Shown here: positions 1 to 10,927 of the stretch, piece by piece
Layout of the letters: each line of letters begins with the position of its first letter
Numbering within the stretch: the stretch's first letter is position 1
Source of the DNA: a phage
Sequence record: PZ445468.1
Length of the DNA stretch: 47,623 bases
Strand: one strand, 5' to 3'
Notes under the pieces: generated by a model
Told to the model about the DNA's origin: nothing
Database searches by the model: none
What the model saw: the letters and a program-made list of their open reading frames with translations, nothing else
Made by a program: the position numbers and the translations under genes

Positions 1-1425
1 ATGGCTAGAAAAAGACTCTCAAGTGTGGCAATTGAAAAACTTGAACAGGTAGTAGGTAACTCAACTGCAAAGCCTGAGTCTGCCGTGTTTGGGCTTGTAG
101 ATAAGTTACTCCATGATGGCACTCCCAATGTCGTAAAGCGCCTTAAGATGACAGCCACTGGGGTATCTGAAACTGATGAAGAACCAACAATATTAATTCC
201 TGAGCGGATGGAACTTATCCTTTACCCACGGCGCTTTAAGGTGTTTTATGGTGGTAGGGGCAGCTCCAAGAGCCGAACGTGTATATCCTACCTTATCGAA
301 AAGGCAAGGTTCCGCAACAGTCGCGTTGGTTGTTTTCGTGAGATACAGAACTCAATCAAAGAATCAAGCTATGCAGAGCTGGTCGATGAGATAAACAGGA
401 AGGGCCACACTCAGGAATACCGTTGCGTTGATGGTGAGATAACACACCACTCAACGAGGTCAAAGTTTGTTTTTCGTGGCCTGTGGCGAAACATAACCGC
501 CATCAAAGGTATGGCTGGTCTTACAGATGTGTTCTGTGAAGAATCCGAGAATATTAGTCAGGTGTCATGGGATACATTAATCCCGACAGTCCGTGCGGCT
601 GGCTCTGAAATTATTATTGTTTTTAACCCAAACAAAGAGACTGACCCCACGTGGACTAACTTTGTTGAGCCTTACATCGACAAGATGGTAGGTGGCATAT
701 ATCAGGATGATGATATTGTTGTTGTTAATGTTAACTACGTCCACAACCCGTGGTTCACTGAAGAACTTAAACAGCACATGAACCAGATGAAGGCAGTGGA
801 TTATGATCGCTATCTGTGGGTGTATGAAGGGTTATTCAACAAGCGTTCCGAAGAAGCCGTGCTTGGCGGGAAATGGCAAACGCTGGACTTCGAGCCATCT
901 CCCGAATGGGGAGGGCCATATTATGGCATTGACTTTGGTTTTTCTCAGGATGCAACCGCAGCAACAGAATCATATGTAGAAGATTTTGGCGATGGACGCA
1001 GAAACCTGTATATCTATCGTGACTTTGCAAAGGTTGGCCTTGAGATAACTGACACGCCGGAAGCGATGAGATCAGCATTCCCAAATTCAGAGAAGTACAG
1101 ATGGTATGGGGATTGCGCAAGGCCTGAAACAATAAGCCATATACGCCGATCTGGATTCGACATTCATCCGTGCGCAAAATGGCCGGGGAGCATTGAGGAC
1201 AGTATTACGTGGCTGCGTGGGTGTGACAGGATTTACGTGCACTCAAGATGCAAGCACGTCATTGAAGAGATGACAATGTACAGCTACAAGGTGGATAAAT
1301 TAACAGGGAACATACTCCCCGACATAGTTGATAAATACAATCACGCGATTGATAGTTTACGCTATGGACTTGGAGACCACATCGTTCAGCGCGGTAGCGG
1401 GATGCTAATCCGGCGCAGGCGATAA
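1..1425 (+). CDS. terminase large subunit
   Basis: 474-aa ORF with P-loop-like FYGGRGSSKSRT and acidic nuclease-like C-terminal half; upstream of portal; true start may be an internal Met. Confidence 0.8.
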   Translation: MARKRLSSVAIEKLEQVVGNSTAKPESAVFGLVDKLLHDGTPNVVKRLKMTATGVSETDEEPTILIPERMELILYPRRFKVFYGGRGSSKSRTCISYLIEKARFRNSRVGCFREIQNSIKESSYAELVDEINRKGHTQEYRCVDGEITHHSTRSKFVFRGLWRNITAIKGMAGLTDVFCEESENISQVSWDTLIPTVRAAGSEIIIVFNPNKETDPTWTNFVEPYIDKMVGGIYQDDDIVVVNVNYVHNPWFTEELKQHMNQMKAVDYDRYLWVYEGLFNKRSEEAVLGGKWQTLDFEPSPEWGGPYYGIDFGFSQDATAATESYVEDFGDGRRNLYIYRDFAKVGLEITDTPEAMRSAFPNSEKYRWYGDCARPETISHIRRSGFDIHPCAKWPGSIEDSITWLRGCDRIYVHSRCKHVIEEMTMYSYKVDKLTGNILPDIVDKYNHAIDSLRYGLGDHIVQRGSGMLIRRRR

Positions 1426-1430
1426 AAATA

Positions 1431-1450
1431 AAGCCCTCATCTGAGGGCTT
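1431..1450. terminator. bidirectional hairpin between convergent genes
   Basis: AAGCCCTCA/TGAGGGCTT stem flanked by A-run on plus and T-run on minus strand. Confidence 0.5.
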
Positions 1451-1646
1451 AAAGCTCATCTCTCAATCTTGATATATCACTCACAGCGGCATACATGTTA
1501 GATTTAACGCGTTCAGACTTTTCATCTCTGCATCTGTCTTTTATTATTGAAATTGCAATATTGAAAGCCTCAATCTTTGCCTCCCTTATCGCTTGATTCC
1601 TTGGTTTCACTTTCGCCTTCGGTATTTCACGAAGGCATCTCGGCAT
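1449..1646 (-). CDS. hypothetical protein (65 aa)
   Basis: ATG-initiated ORF directly after upstream small ORF; no clear RBS. Confidence 0.3.
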   Translation of the reverse strand: MPRCLREIPKAKVKPRNQAIREAKIEAFNIAISIIKDRCRDEKSERVKSNMYAAVSDISRLRDEL

Positions 1647-1650
1647 GTAA

Positions 1651-1806
1651 TTAGTAGGCATTTGATGGGTAGTAACCTTCTTTGATACCAAGCACCTTGG
1701 CGATTGTTGGGCCAACTTTCTGGGCGGTAACGATGCCAAATTTAACGTAATCAGCACCATAAGTTTCGGCAATGTACGCTTCGCATTCTTTTTTAGTCTC
1801 AAACAT
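1651..1806 (-). CDS. hypothetical protein (51 aa, MFETKKECEAYIAETYG...)
   Basis: ORF read by eye (below track threshold); AAGGAAC RBS 8 nt upstream of ATG. Confidence 0.4.
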   Translation of the reverse strand: MFETKKECEAYIAETYGADYVKFGIVTAQKVGPTIAKVLGIKEGYYPSNAY

Positions 1807-1840
1807 TTCTTTTGTTCCTTAATCTCTTGTCGATAAGATG

Positions 1841-1869
1841 ATTCTACATCACCACTATATCCACTTCAA
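1841..1869 (-). promoter_or_regulatory. sigma70-like promoter TTGAAG-17-TAGAAT (leftward)
   Basis: hexamers read on minus strand; the -10 coincides with ATTCTAC copy of recurrent motif. Confidence 0.4.
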
Positions 1870-1907
1870 CATTTATTATTATTGTTGATAAACCCGCATC
1901 ACCACAC

Positions 1908-1939
1908 TTGACCAATCTACACCGAGCGCATAGTATAAT
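1908..1939 (+). promoter_or_regulatory. sigma70-like promoter TTGACC-17-TAGTAT/TATAAT (rightward)
   Basis: hexamers with 17-bp spacer upstream of 1968 gene; two AATCTAC motif copies inside. Confidence 0.5.
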
Positions 1940-1967
1940 CTACATCAGGTTTATCGGAGATATCACT

Positions 1968-2174
1968 ATGCGCAGCTATGCAGGATTCACACAGGAGGAA
2001 AAAGAGCAGGTTTATTCACTGGCACGGGCTGGTGTGCCTGATGACGTGATTTGCCGTAGGTATGACATCGACGAGGATTTTCTGCTGCGCGTTATTGATG
2101 ACGTCTTCGTTAACCTGCAAGAGAAGCGCGGGTACAAGGGTATCTGCTGCAAGAATGATTTTTTGAGAGGGTGA
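1968..2174 (+). CDS. hypothetical protein
   Basis: ORF with GGAGA RBS; internal Met start of track ORF 1908..2174. Confidence 0.45.
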   Translation: MRSYAGFTQEEKEQVYSLARAGVPDDVICRRYDIDEDFLLRVIDDVFVNLQEKRGYKGICCKNDFLRG

Positions 2175-2175
2175 T

Positions 2176-2583
2176 ATGTTTAATAATAAACTAAAGAAAA
2201 TAATCCGCGATGCTGCGGATAAGAAATACACCAAAAAGATTGATATATCATTCATTGACGGCACTGGCCTGTACAATCACGCCTGTCACCTGAATGCGGT
2301 AAACCGGGCTAGAGATGGGAGTTCGTGCGCAGTGGTTGAGGTTGTGGTGATTGATGATAAGTCGGTGAGCGCTCATTACATCAATATGCAGTCAGACGGC
2401 ACATACATCGACTACACGCTTGGGTGGCACTGGTCAGGTGCCGATTACCGATTTGTGCGATATGTTCCGTTTACTGAATGGAGTGATATAACAAGTTCGC
2501 TTGAGCGCCTCAAGTCAGAACTTTGTAAGCCAGTCAGCAAATGGATGCGCGCCTTTATGTTAACTAATAACGAAATGTGTTGA
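2176..2583 (+). CDS. hypothetical protein (135 aa)
   Basis: ORF tightly packed after previous gene. Confidence 0.5.
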   Translation: MFNNKLKKIIRDAADKKYTKKIDISFIDGTGLYNHACHLNAVNRARDGSSCAVVEVVVIDDKSVSAHYINMQSDGTYIDYTLGWHWSGADYRFVRYVPFTEWSDITSSLERLKSELCKPVSKWMRAFMLTNNEMC

Positions 2584-2591
2584 GGTGATTT

Positions 2592-2759
2592 ATGATTATT
2601 GAAGGTAAAATTTTTACTGATTTGTCGGTCAGCGAGATAAAAGAAAAATTTTCAATGAACATCAACCAGGAAGGCGATGCAATTATCATCGACAAACACC
2701 AGGCCGCACAGCTCATCGAAGTCCTGCAGCGTTGGATTAATGGTGAGAAGATTGAGTGA
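2592..2759 (+). CDS. hypothetical protein (55 aa)
   Basis: short ORF read by eye, GAGGTGA RBS, stop overlaps next start (TGATG). Confidence 0.4.
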   Translation: MIIEGKIFTDLSVSEIKEKFSMNINQEGDAIIIDKHQAAQLIEVLQRWINGEKIE

Positions 2760-2947
2760 TGAGCGTTTATTTTATTCATGCTGAAGCCGTGCTGAGTAAC
2801 GGCTGCGTTGCTGAGAAGATAGGAAGAATCGCAATTGCTGATAGCGCCGTGACGGCGTTCGATGGATTCTTTTCTGATGCTACGGTTGCCAAGCTACGAG
2901 AGCAAGGTATTGAAGTTGTAATTGATAAATTCGAAAAGGTGGAGTGA
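2759..2947 (+). CDS. hypothetical protein (62 aa)
   Basis: ORF with overlapping start/stop coupling. Confidence 0.4.
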   Translation: MSVYFIHAEAVLSNGCVAEKIGRIAIADSAVTAFDGFFSDATVAKLREQGIEVVIDKFEKVE

Positions 2948-3108
2948 TGGCACTATTCTGGTCGTTCTGGATTCCATTTAACTTTATGTTCTGGTGGGCT
3001 ATGGCCGCCGGAGTGAATGAACCAAGCATGCTACACTTCATGATCGGTTCATTTTTCGCGGTGGTAACTGGTATTGTGCCATGTTTACTGTATCAATATT
3101 TCAAATAG
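2947..3108 (+). CDS. small hydrophobic membrane protein (53 aa)
   Basis: short ORF read by eye; W/F-rich hydrophobic sequence; GGAG RBS. Confidence 0.35.
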   Translation: MALFWSFWIPFNFMFWWAMAAGVNEPSMLHFMIGSFFAVVTGIVPCLLYQYFK

Positions 3109-3360
3109 AGGTGGGGTAATGACAAGGAAATAGGTTCACGAATATTCTATTGCAGCCAGGAAGCGCGTCGAAGGTGTATGGACGAATCATGGATTGCGCA
3201 GCAATAGAGCTAAATTGTTTGCAAAATGTCACCAAGTAGTAATTGGCGACAGGATTGAGTGTTACGCGTTTAATCAGTGGATGAAGTCTGGTGTTGTTAA
3301 TAAGGGATAATTACATCAGCACCGCGAGCATCATAATCAGCATTGCCACCATGCTATAAT

Positions 3361-3387
3361 CCCATCCAACGTGATGGGATTTTTTTA
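3361..3387 (+). terminator. rho-independent terminator
   Basis: CCCATC-caacgt-GATGGG hairpin followed by ATTTTTTT; immediately preceded by TGCTATAAT. Confidence 0.5.
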
Positions 3388-3394
3388 TTGGTGA

Positions 3395-5727
<2,333 letters not shown>

Positions 5728-5741
<14 letters not shown>

Positions 5742-5756
5742 GGGCTTTGGTTTATC
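5728..5756 (+). terminator. rho-independent terminator
   Basis: AGCCCTC-taagt-GAGGGCT hairpin plus TTGGTTT. Confidence 0.5.
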
Positions 5757-5824
5757 TTATCAGCATACACAGAACAAATATTATTATCGCATAGCACAAT
5801 ATCTCTGCGACGCTGAATATTGTT

Positions 5825-6433
5825 TTAATCATCCAGTTTCACACCGGGAATTTTTCCTGCTGCGATTGCGTCATAAATATGTTTAGCAATGTGCTTGATT
5901 TGCTCCTTATTGTTGCTAATTAACTGACTAGCTTTTCCTATCTCAGAAATAGTCTCATCACGCTTCCTTTCTGATTCTGTGCGGAGTGGGCGGAAATTAT
6001 GCGTGTTTGATTGCAGAGCTACCGGTGTGTTATTGCTCCAACCAAAAACAGCTTTACCATCAACGGCTACGCACTTAAATCTACACCACTCACTTCCGTG
6101 AACCTTGTATTGGTATTCGCACTCACACCCTGCTGGCGGCAGACCTTCTCCGTTCCATGCTGGCTTTTGAGATTCGGCTAGTGCTGCTTTGTATTGCCAA
6201 TAGGTCACTATCGACTCCTTGTGGTCGCAAGATAAAGGTACGGCATTAATTCCATGCCAGTAATACACAAGGCTATTCCCAGTGTGATGTTTCCATGAAA
6301 ATCCATCATAGTGCGGGTCATTTGTGTCCCATACGCACAGCGAACCGTCATTATCTTGAGTAATTGACAGTGCACCATCAGGCCACCCACCACGCTTAGG
6401 CAATTCTTGAACTAACAGGTCGATAAGTTTCAT
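5825..6433 (-). CDS. hypothetical protein (202 aa, W/C/H-rich)
   Basis: long ORF, first gene-sized member of antisense island. Confidence 0.5.
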   Translation of the reverse strand: MKLIDLLVQELPKRGGWPDGALSITQDNDGSLCVWDTNDPHYDGFSWKHHTGNSLVYYWHGINAVPLSCDHKESIVTYWQYKAALAESQKPAWNGEGLPPAGCECEYQYKVHGSEWCRFKCVAVDGKAVFGWSNNTPVALQSNTHNFRPLRTESERKRDETISEIGKASQLISNNKEQIKHIAKHIYDAIAAGKIPGVKLDD

Positions 6434-6654
6434 TTTGTTTCTCCATCAAAAAGGATTTCTTTGTATTCATCACTAACTTCATATGCCTTATTTAGTTCGA
6501 ATACTTCATACGAGTTTTGACCACCTTCTCGCCATGAGAGTTTGTCATTTAGTTTTGCGGCAACAGCGTCGGCTTCATGCTTGTGTGGATAAACAGCAAC
6601 GACATTTGATGAGACGCCGCATTCGATGCAACCAACATTAAATACAAGCCACAT
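6430..6654 (-). CDS. hypothetical protein (74 aa)
   Basis: ORF with 4-nt overlap to downstream gene. Confidence 0.45.
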   Translation of the reverse strand: MWLVFNVGCIECGVSSNVVAVYPHKHEADAVAAKLNDKLSWREGGQNSYEVFELNKAYEVSDEYKEILFDGETK

Positions 6655-6656
6655 AA

Positions 6657-6920
6657 TTATTCCCCCAGCGCCTTATTAACCGCCTCACGCGCATTATCCA
6701 GAGCGCGACGCTTGCTTGATATTGTCCAGACTTTGCCTGAGTGGTCGTCGTAGATTTCAAGTAGCTGCTGGAGTGCGGCGAGCATGGTCTTGTTATTGTC
6801 GTGACGATACCCAACAGAAAACCCAAGCCAAAGCCAGTCCTTTTCTCTATCCGTCATGCAGCCAAAGTCAACAGAATCGAACCATTTGCTAAATAATTTG
6901 TGCACTTCGCGCTGCGTCAT
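6657..6920 (-). CDS. hypothetical protein
   Basis: ORF; ATG start chosen inside track ORF 6657..6932. Confidence 0.45.
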   Translation of the reverse strand: MTQREVHKLFSKWFDSVDFGCMTDREKDWLWLGFSVGYRHDNNKTMLAALQQLLEIYDDHSGKVWTISSKRRALDNAREAVNKALGE

Positions 6921-6928
6921 CGCCAACC

Positions 6929-7069
6929 TCACTTAATATATTCCACAATCTCGCATTCGCGCATCTGCACCAGACCAAATGGCGCGCAGAGTTTGCCGAA
7001 TTTCATAACTTTAATCTGAGACAAATCGAATGCGGCGGTTTGTCCGGTGGTGAATTTTATGATTGCCAT
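6929..7069 (-). CDS. hypothetical protein (46 aa)
   Basis: short ORF read by eye; GGAGATAGAATA-ATG RBS. Confidence 0.3.
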   Translation of the reverse strand: MAIIKFTTGQTAAFDLSQIKVMKFGKLCAPFGLVQMRECEIVEYIK

Positions 7070-7275
7070 TATTCTATCTCCCTAATTGACCAGCCGGTTT
7101 TCTGCCAGTCGTATTCAGATGAGTATCCACACGCCTGAAACCAGTCATCCATGTTGTACCCCATCTCGTCTATGATGGCCCCGCATTGCATCTCGAAAAA
7201 CTCATCACCACAAAACGCCTCATGGACAACTCTACTACCTAGCCGCATTGCCATTACCGCCTCTTCGTATGTCAT
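7069..7275 (-). CDS. hypothetical protein (68 aa)
   Basis: ORF in antisense island. Confidence 0.45.
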   Translation of the reverse strand: MTYEEAVMAMRLGSRVVHEAFCGDEFFEMQCGAIIDEMGYNMDDWFQACGYSSEYDWQKTGWSIREIE

Positions 7276-7337
7276 AAATCACCTCAATTATTTGTGTATC
7301 TGAATGATTAAAGCCGTCATGATGACGGCGGCATGGA

Positions 7338-7466
7338 CTAAATTGCAGTCCAGAGTTTATCAGCCCATGCAAGCATCGCCGACTTAGCCTTACCATCTGG
7401 CGCGTCACGCCATGCCTTGCGGATTACTGCGGCGCGACATTTGTTTTTGAGTGGTTGGTAGGTCAT
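7338..7466 (-). CDS. hypothetical protein (42 aa)
   Basis: short ORF read by eye with AGGA RBS, followed by CCGTCATGATGACGG hairpin. Confidence 0.3.
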   Translation of the reverse strand: MTYQPLKNKCRAAVIRKAWRDAPDGKAKSAMLAWADKLWTAI

Positions 7467-7533
7467 GGTTGTCATCCTCAATTAACATTGCGGAGGTGTT
7501 TCCGCTTGATGTAGATACTATGCATCATCACTC

Positions 7534-7561
7534 AATCTACGTCAACATCATTGTGATAGAA
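7534..7561 (+). promoter_or_regulatory. extended -10 promoter TGTGATAGAAT preceded by AATCTACGTCAAC
   Basis: TGnTAnAAT element 28 nt upstream of endolysin ATG; inverted motif copy at 7506-7516. Confidence 0.45.
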
Positions 7562-7588
7562 TTAATCATTATTTGAACAGGAGGCAGA

Positions 7589-8029
7589 ATGAAACTATCG
7601 CAACGAGGTAAAAATTTCATCAAGTCATTCGAGGGGCTTGAACTACGCGTTTATCCAGACCCAGCAACTGGCGGCGCACCATATACAGCGGGTTACGGTC
7701 ACACTGGCGGTGACATAAAGCCCGGCATGACGGTAACACAAGCAATGGCTGACGCATGGTTTGATAAGGATGTGGAGAAGTTCGAATCCGGCGTATCCGC
7801 GCTACTAACTGCGCCAACAACCCAGCCACAATTTGATGCAATGGTGTCTCTGGCGTACAACATCGGACTAGGTAACTTTGGTAAATCCACACTCCTGAAG
7901 AAGCACAATGCTAAATGCTACCAGTGCGCCGCTGGTCAGTTTCCTTTGTGGAATCGTGCTAATGGCAAGGTTATGAATGGATTAACGCGGAGGCGTAACG
8001 CGGAGCGCGCTATGTATATGGGGCAATGA
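7589..8029 (+). CDS. endolysin (GH24 T4-lysozyme-like)
   Basis: FEGLELRVYPD...GYGHTG motif typical of phage lysozymes. Confidence 0.85.
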   Translation: MKLSQRGKNFIKSFEGLELRVYPDPATGGAPYTAGYGHTGGDIKPGMTVTQAMADAWFDKDVEKFESGVSALLTAPTTQPQFDAMVSLAYNIGLGNFGKSTLLKKHNAKCYQCAAGQFPLWNRANGKVMNGLTRRRNAERAMYMGQ

Positions 8030-8265
8030 AAAAGCTAAGCAACTGGCTGCTCGGCGTGTGGATTTCGTTCTGCTCGCTGTTGCAGTTATGGCCTGATGCA
8101 ATGATGCATGTATGGGTAATGATGCCGGATGACCTGAAAGCGGCGCTACCGCCAATCGTGGTTAAAGGGGTGAGCTACTCAATCATGCTGATTGGCATCC
8201 TCGGCAAAATGCACGGCATGAGGAAAGAAAACCGGAGGCTGCGCGATGATGGCAACTCTCATTAA
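8026..8265 (+). CDS. putative holin / lysis membrane protein
   Basis: two hydrophobic segments and charged C-terminus; sits between endolysin and spanins. Confidence 0.4.
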   Translation: MKKLSNWLLGVWISFCSLLQLWPDAMMHVWVMMPDDLKAALPPIVVKGVSYSIMLIGILGKMHGMRKENRRLRDDGNSH

Positions 8266-8743
8266 ATACTGGCGACCGCTGGCAATTATTATAATTGTTG
8301 CCGCTGGAGCGCTGTGGGTGGCAAATAAGGTATCCAATTATGGTGAACAGCAATATGCCGATGGATATGCAAAAGCCATTGCCGAACAGAAGGCCGCAGA
8401 AGAACAAGAGGAGCAACGACGCAATGCAGAACTGCAAAAGATTCATGCCGACGCACAGCAAAGGATTGACGCTGCGCGTAATGATGCTGTTAATGCTGCT
8501 ACTAAGTCTGGCAGGTTGCAGCAACAGCTCGCAAATATCCGCAAGCAGCTCGTCGGATATTCCACCGCTGAGTCCATTGGCAATCCAGCCGCAGAAACCG
8601 GAGTTTTGCTTGCCCAATTGCTCTCAGAATCTGTCGAAAGAAATCGACAGCTGGCAGATTACGCTGACAGGGCCAGAGACGCAGGATTAGCGTGTGAGGC
8701 GCAATATAATTCATTGAGAGCGAGAAATGCTAAGCAGAGATAA
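8246..8743 (+). CDS. i-spanin (Rz-like)
   Basis: N-terminal TM segment, Q/A/E-rich coiled-coil periplasmic domain. Confidence 0.6.
   Translation: MMATLIKYWRPLAIIIIVAAGALWVANKVSNYGEQQYADGYAKAIAEQKAAEEQEEQRRNAELQKIHADAQQRIDAARNDAVNAATKSGRLQQQLANIRKQLVGYSTAESIGNPAAETGVLLAQLLSESVERNRQLADYADRARDAGLACEAQYNSLRARNAKQR
8445..8690 (+). CDS. o-spanin (Rz1-like lipoprotein), embedded in +1 frame
   Basis: signal peptide with lipobox LSLAGC, Pro/Ser-rich mature part, fully inside i-spanin gene. Confidence 0.6.
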   Translation: MPTHSKGLTLRVMMLLMLLLSLAGCSNSSQISASSSSDIPPLSPLAIQPQKPEFCLPNCSQNLSKEIDSWQITLTGPETQD

Positions 8744-8874
8744 GCGAAAAGAATATGACAAGATGGCTTCTGATGTGGTAAGTGGTCGCGCTGGTTATCA
8801 GCCTGCGGTGAAATGCAGGCTAAGCAAATCGCCAAAGAAATGCTATGGAAAACCACCTGAATCACTGCGCAATA

Positions 8875-8898
8875 AAAAACCCCTCAATTGAGGGGTTT
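8875..8898. terminator. rho-independent terminator
   Basis: AAAAACCCCTCAATTGAGGGGTTTTT. Confidence 0.7.
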
Positions 8899-8906
8899 TT
8901 CTTATG

Positions 8907-8930
8907 AGTCAGCGATTCGCAGTCGCTGAC
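8907..8930. repeat. perfect 9-bp-stem inverted repeat
   Basis: AGTCAGCGA-ttcgcag-TCGCTGACT, no flanking U-tract. Confidence 0.6.
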
Positions 8931-9026
8931 TGCTACCAGAAAACATGTACCGAAGCTCACGTTGTCGTTACTTATAGCAAAGTAATAGTAGCAATAACCT
9001 TTCCCTGCGTCAACTCCATGCGCAAT

Positions 9027-9055
9027 AAAAAAACCCCGTAATGGGGCTTTGTTTT
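9027..9055 (-). terminator. rho-independent terminator for minus-strand operon
   Basis: CCCCGTAATGGGG hairpin with A7 on plus side (U-run on minus transcript). Confidence 0.65.
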
Positions 9056-9260
9056 AGAACTGAGTAATGCGAGCGTCTAAAATATTCCCATAGGTTCGCA
9101 TTGCGTTAAGTTGAGTGAAGAGTAGATGCTTTTCAATTTCAGGAAGAAGCATATATTCAGGATTATTTTTGATAAAGGCATCAAGCATTTCCGCCCTTCC
9201 CCATAAGTCGCGAGCCTCATCAATAACTCTTTTTTGGTAAGGTTTCATTTCTTTAGTCAT
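9054..9260 (-). CDS. hypothetical protein (68 aa)
   Basis: ORF. Confidence 0.45.
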   Translation of the reverse strand: MTKEMKPYQKRVIDEARDLWGRAEMLDAFIKNNPEYMLLPEIEKHLLFTQLNAMRTYGNILDARITQF

Positions 9261-9412
9261 TTTAATTTTCCGTATAGCGGTTTAATTTCATACCCAAACA
9301 TCTGCGCATTCTCATGCTCAACGCTACCAGCAAACACCAGGTAACGCTTGCCTCGATTATCCGTAACGATGTAGGCAGATGGCTCACTCTGCTGGCAATG
9401 TTGTTGGCTCAT
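9257..9412 (-). CDS. hypothetical protein
   Basis: ORF, ATG start chosen inside track ORF. Confidence 0.35.
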   Translation of the reverse strand: MSQQHCQQSEPSAYIVTDNRGKRYLVFAGSVEHENAQMFGYEIKPLYGKLK

Positions 9413-9692
9413 CAACAGATTCCTCAACCGCAGCTTCAACGATGCGCACCAGTGAACACTCAAGGTTCGGTGCATTGTAATTACCAGCCAGAAACAGAAC
9501 GCTACCCGTACTAATCAGCACCTGCTTTGCGCCTGCCTGTGACAGATTCTGCACGATGAATTGCGCCGTTTCCGTGCCGATTTTCAGCACTGCACTACCG
9601 TCGCTGTTCAGTGATACCAGTTGTGCGGATGTGTCAGCAATATTGGTAAAGTTCGCATTTCGTTGCGCGATTGTGATGTCGCAGAATGACAT
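9384..9692 (-). CDS. hypothetical protein (102 aa)
   Basis: ORF with ATG, coupled to upstream gene. Confidence 0.4.
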   Translation of the reverse strand: MSFCDITIAQRNANFTNIADTSAQLVSLNSDGSAVLKIGTETAQFIVQNLSQAGAKQVLISTGSVLFLAGNYNAPNLECSLVRIVEAAVEESVDEPTTLPAE

Positions 9693-10183
9693 TATTTAAT
9701 CTCTCCATTCAGTTCATTAACAATTAACGTCGCATAGCCAGCAATATCTTTCCAGCTATCGTCATAAGTCGGGTCGCCATTCAGGATGCGCCCAATCTTG
9801 TGCTGAATCATGTCGAGCGCCTCGCGTTGGCTTGGCGTCAGGTTGCGCCAGCCATCTACCTCGCGCATTACATCTTTCAGCTCCTGCATGATTTCAGCGC
9901 CGTCTTTGAATTTGCCGTATCGACTACCGCGTTCGGTGATGAGTTGCTCGGTTGCGTCAGCCTCTGGCGCGCCAATGCAATCGTTGAGGTCTTGCTCGTC
10001 GGTAATTGGCTCACGGTATGCAATAACAACATCCCCGCAACCCTCAATCACTTCAATGCGACCAGCATAATCTATGCTTAGATAGAAAATCTCACCAGTA
10101 CTTCCTGACTTAACTACAAGATAAGCCGTGTCATGGCCAGCAAAATCATCATCACATCCTTTCAGATATTTCCACTTTTTCAT
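9692..10183 (-). CDS. hypothetical protein (163 aa)
   Basis: ORF; acidic alpha-helical C-terminal domain, function not recognised. Confidence 0.5.
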   Translation of the reverse strand: MKKWKYLKGCDDDFAGHDTAYLVVKSGSTGEIFYLSIDYAGRIEVIEGCGDVVIAYREPITDEQDLNDCIGAPEADATEQLITERGSRYGKFKDGAEIMQELKDVMREVDGWRNLTPSQREALDMIQHKIGRILNGDPTYDDSWKDIAGYATLIVNELNGEIK

Positions 10184-10374
10184 TTCATCGTCACCAGATT
10201 ATTTTCATCAACATTAAAATTCTCACGAATCACCTGGTACATCTCATCTTTAGGCATATCAGCCAGTGCCACATAGCAGCGGGCAAAGTAGCGAACATCA
10301 CGGAGTGTCAGCGGCTGGCGCTTCTCCACAATGCTGGTGATAATGTCCATCGGCTCGCGTCGTGGTCTTGGCAT
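10180..10374 (-). CDS. hypothetical protein
   Basis: ORF with AAGGAG RBS (start at internal ATG of track ORF). Confidence 0.45.
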   Translation of the reverse strand: MPRPRREPMDIITSIVEKRQPLTLRDVRYFARCYVALADMPKDEMYQVIRENFNVDENNLVTMK

Positions 10375-10402
10375 ATTTACTACTCCTTCTCGAAAATTAT
10401 TG

Positions 10403-10447
10403 TTGACCAATCTACATCATTTAGTCAATACTTATTGACGTAGATTG
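10403..10447. promoter_or_regulatory. divergent promoter region with convergent motif pair
   Basis: TTGACCAATCTACATCA ... TTGACGTAGATTG between divergent operons. Confidence 0.4.
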
Positions 10448-10474
10448 TACCACAACGGAAAAGGTGATGTGGAA

Positions 10475-10672
10475 ATGCGATACAAAGAAATAGCAGCGAG
10501 ATATCAGAAAGAGGTGCGCGAGGTTATGGAAATCCTTAACGTTCGCGAAGATACCATTAAGTATGTGGAAACTGCCATGTGTTCACTGGCTCTTGAAGCG
10601 GAGGTTGCAGGTCGTGAAAAGGCTGACGAACTTATATCTGCGGTGGTTTATAGTTCAACCAGTAACGGTTGA
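10475..10672 (+). CDS. hypothetical protein (66 aa)
   Basis: ATG with AAAAGGTGA RBS. Confidence 0.45.
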   Translation: MRYKEIAARYQKEVREVMEILNVREDTIKYVETAMCSLALEAEVAGREKADELISAVVYSSTSNG

Positions 10673-10732
10673 AGACGAAGGTTATCTGTGCGTTGAGCAT
10701 GTTGTTATTAAATTCTACGGGAGAAATTACAA

Positions 10733-10927
10733 ATGGCGCATGACGAGCTGTACGAAAACTCGCTAATCCAGCGACTGAATGAAGTTGAACGTACTCGCGA
10801 ATGGCTTGAGTGTGACCTGCGAGAAGTGCGTAACCGCCTGCAACGCAATCGCAGCCAGCAGAAGGACGTTATCGACTGGTCGGGCGATACGCCTAAATTT
10901 AACAACATTGGAGAATGGATAAAATGA
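10733..10927 (+). CDS. hypothetical protein (64 aa)
   Basis: ORF. Confidence 0.45.
   Translation: MAHDELYENSLIQRLNEVERTREWLECDLREVRNRLQRNRSQQKDVIDWSGDTPKFNNIGEWIK

Noticed and set aside
577-1177. Minus-strand ORFs (66 and 113 aa) inside the large terminase gene
   Set aside because: Embedded in a well-supported coding region on the opposite strand, with no RBS and odd composition.
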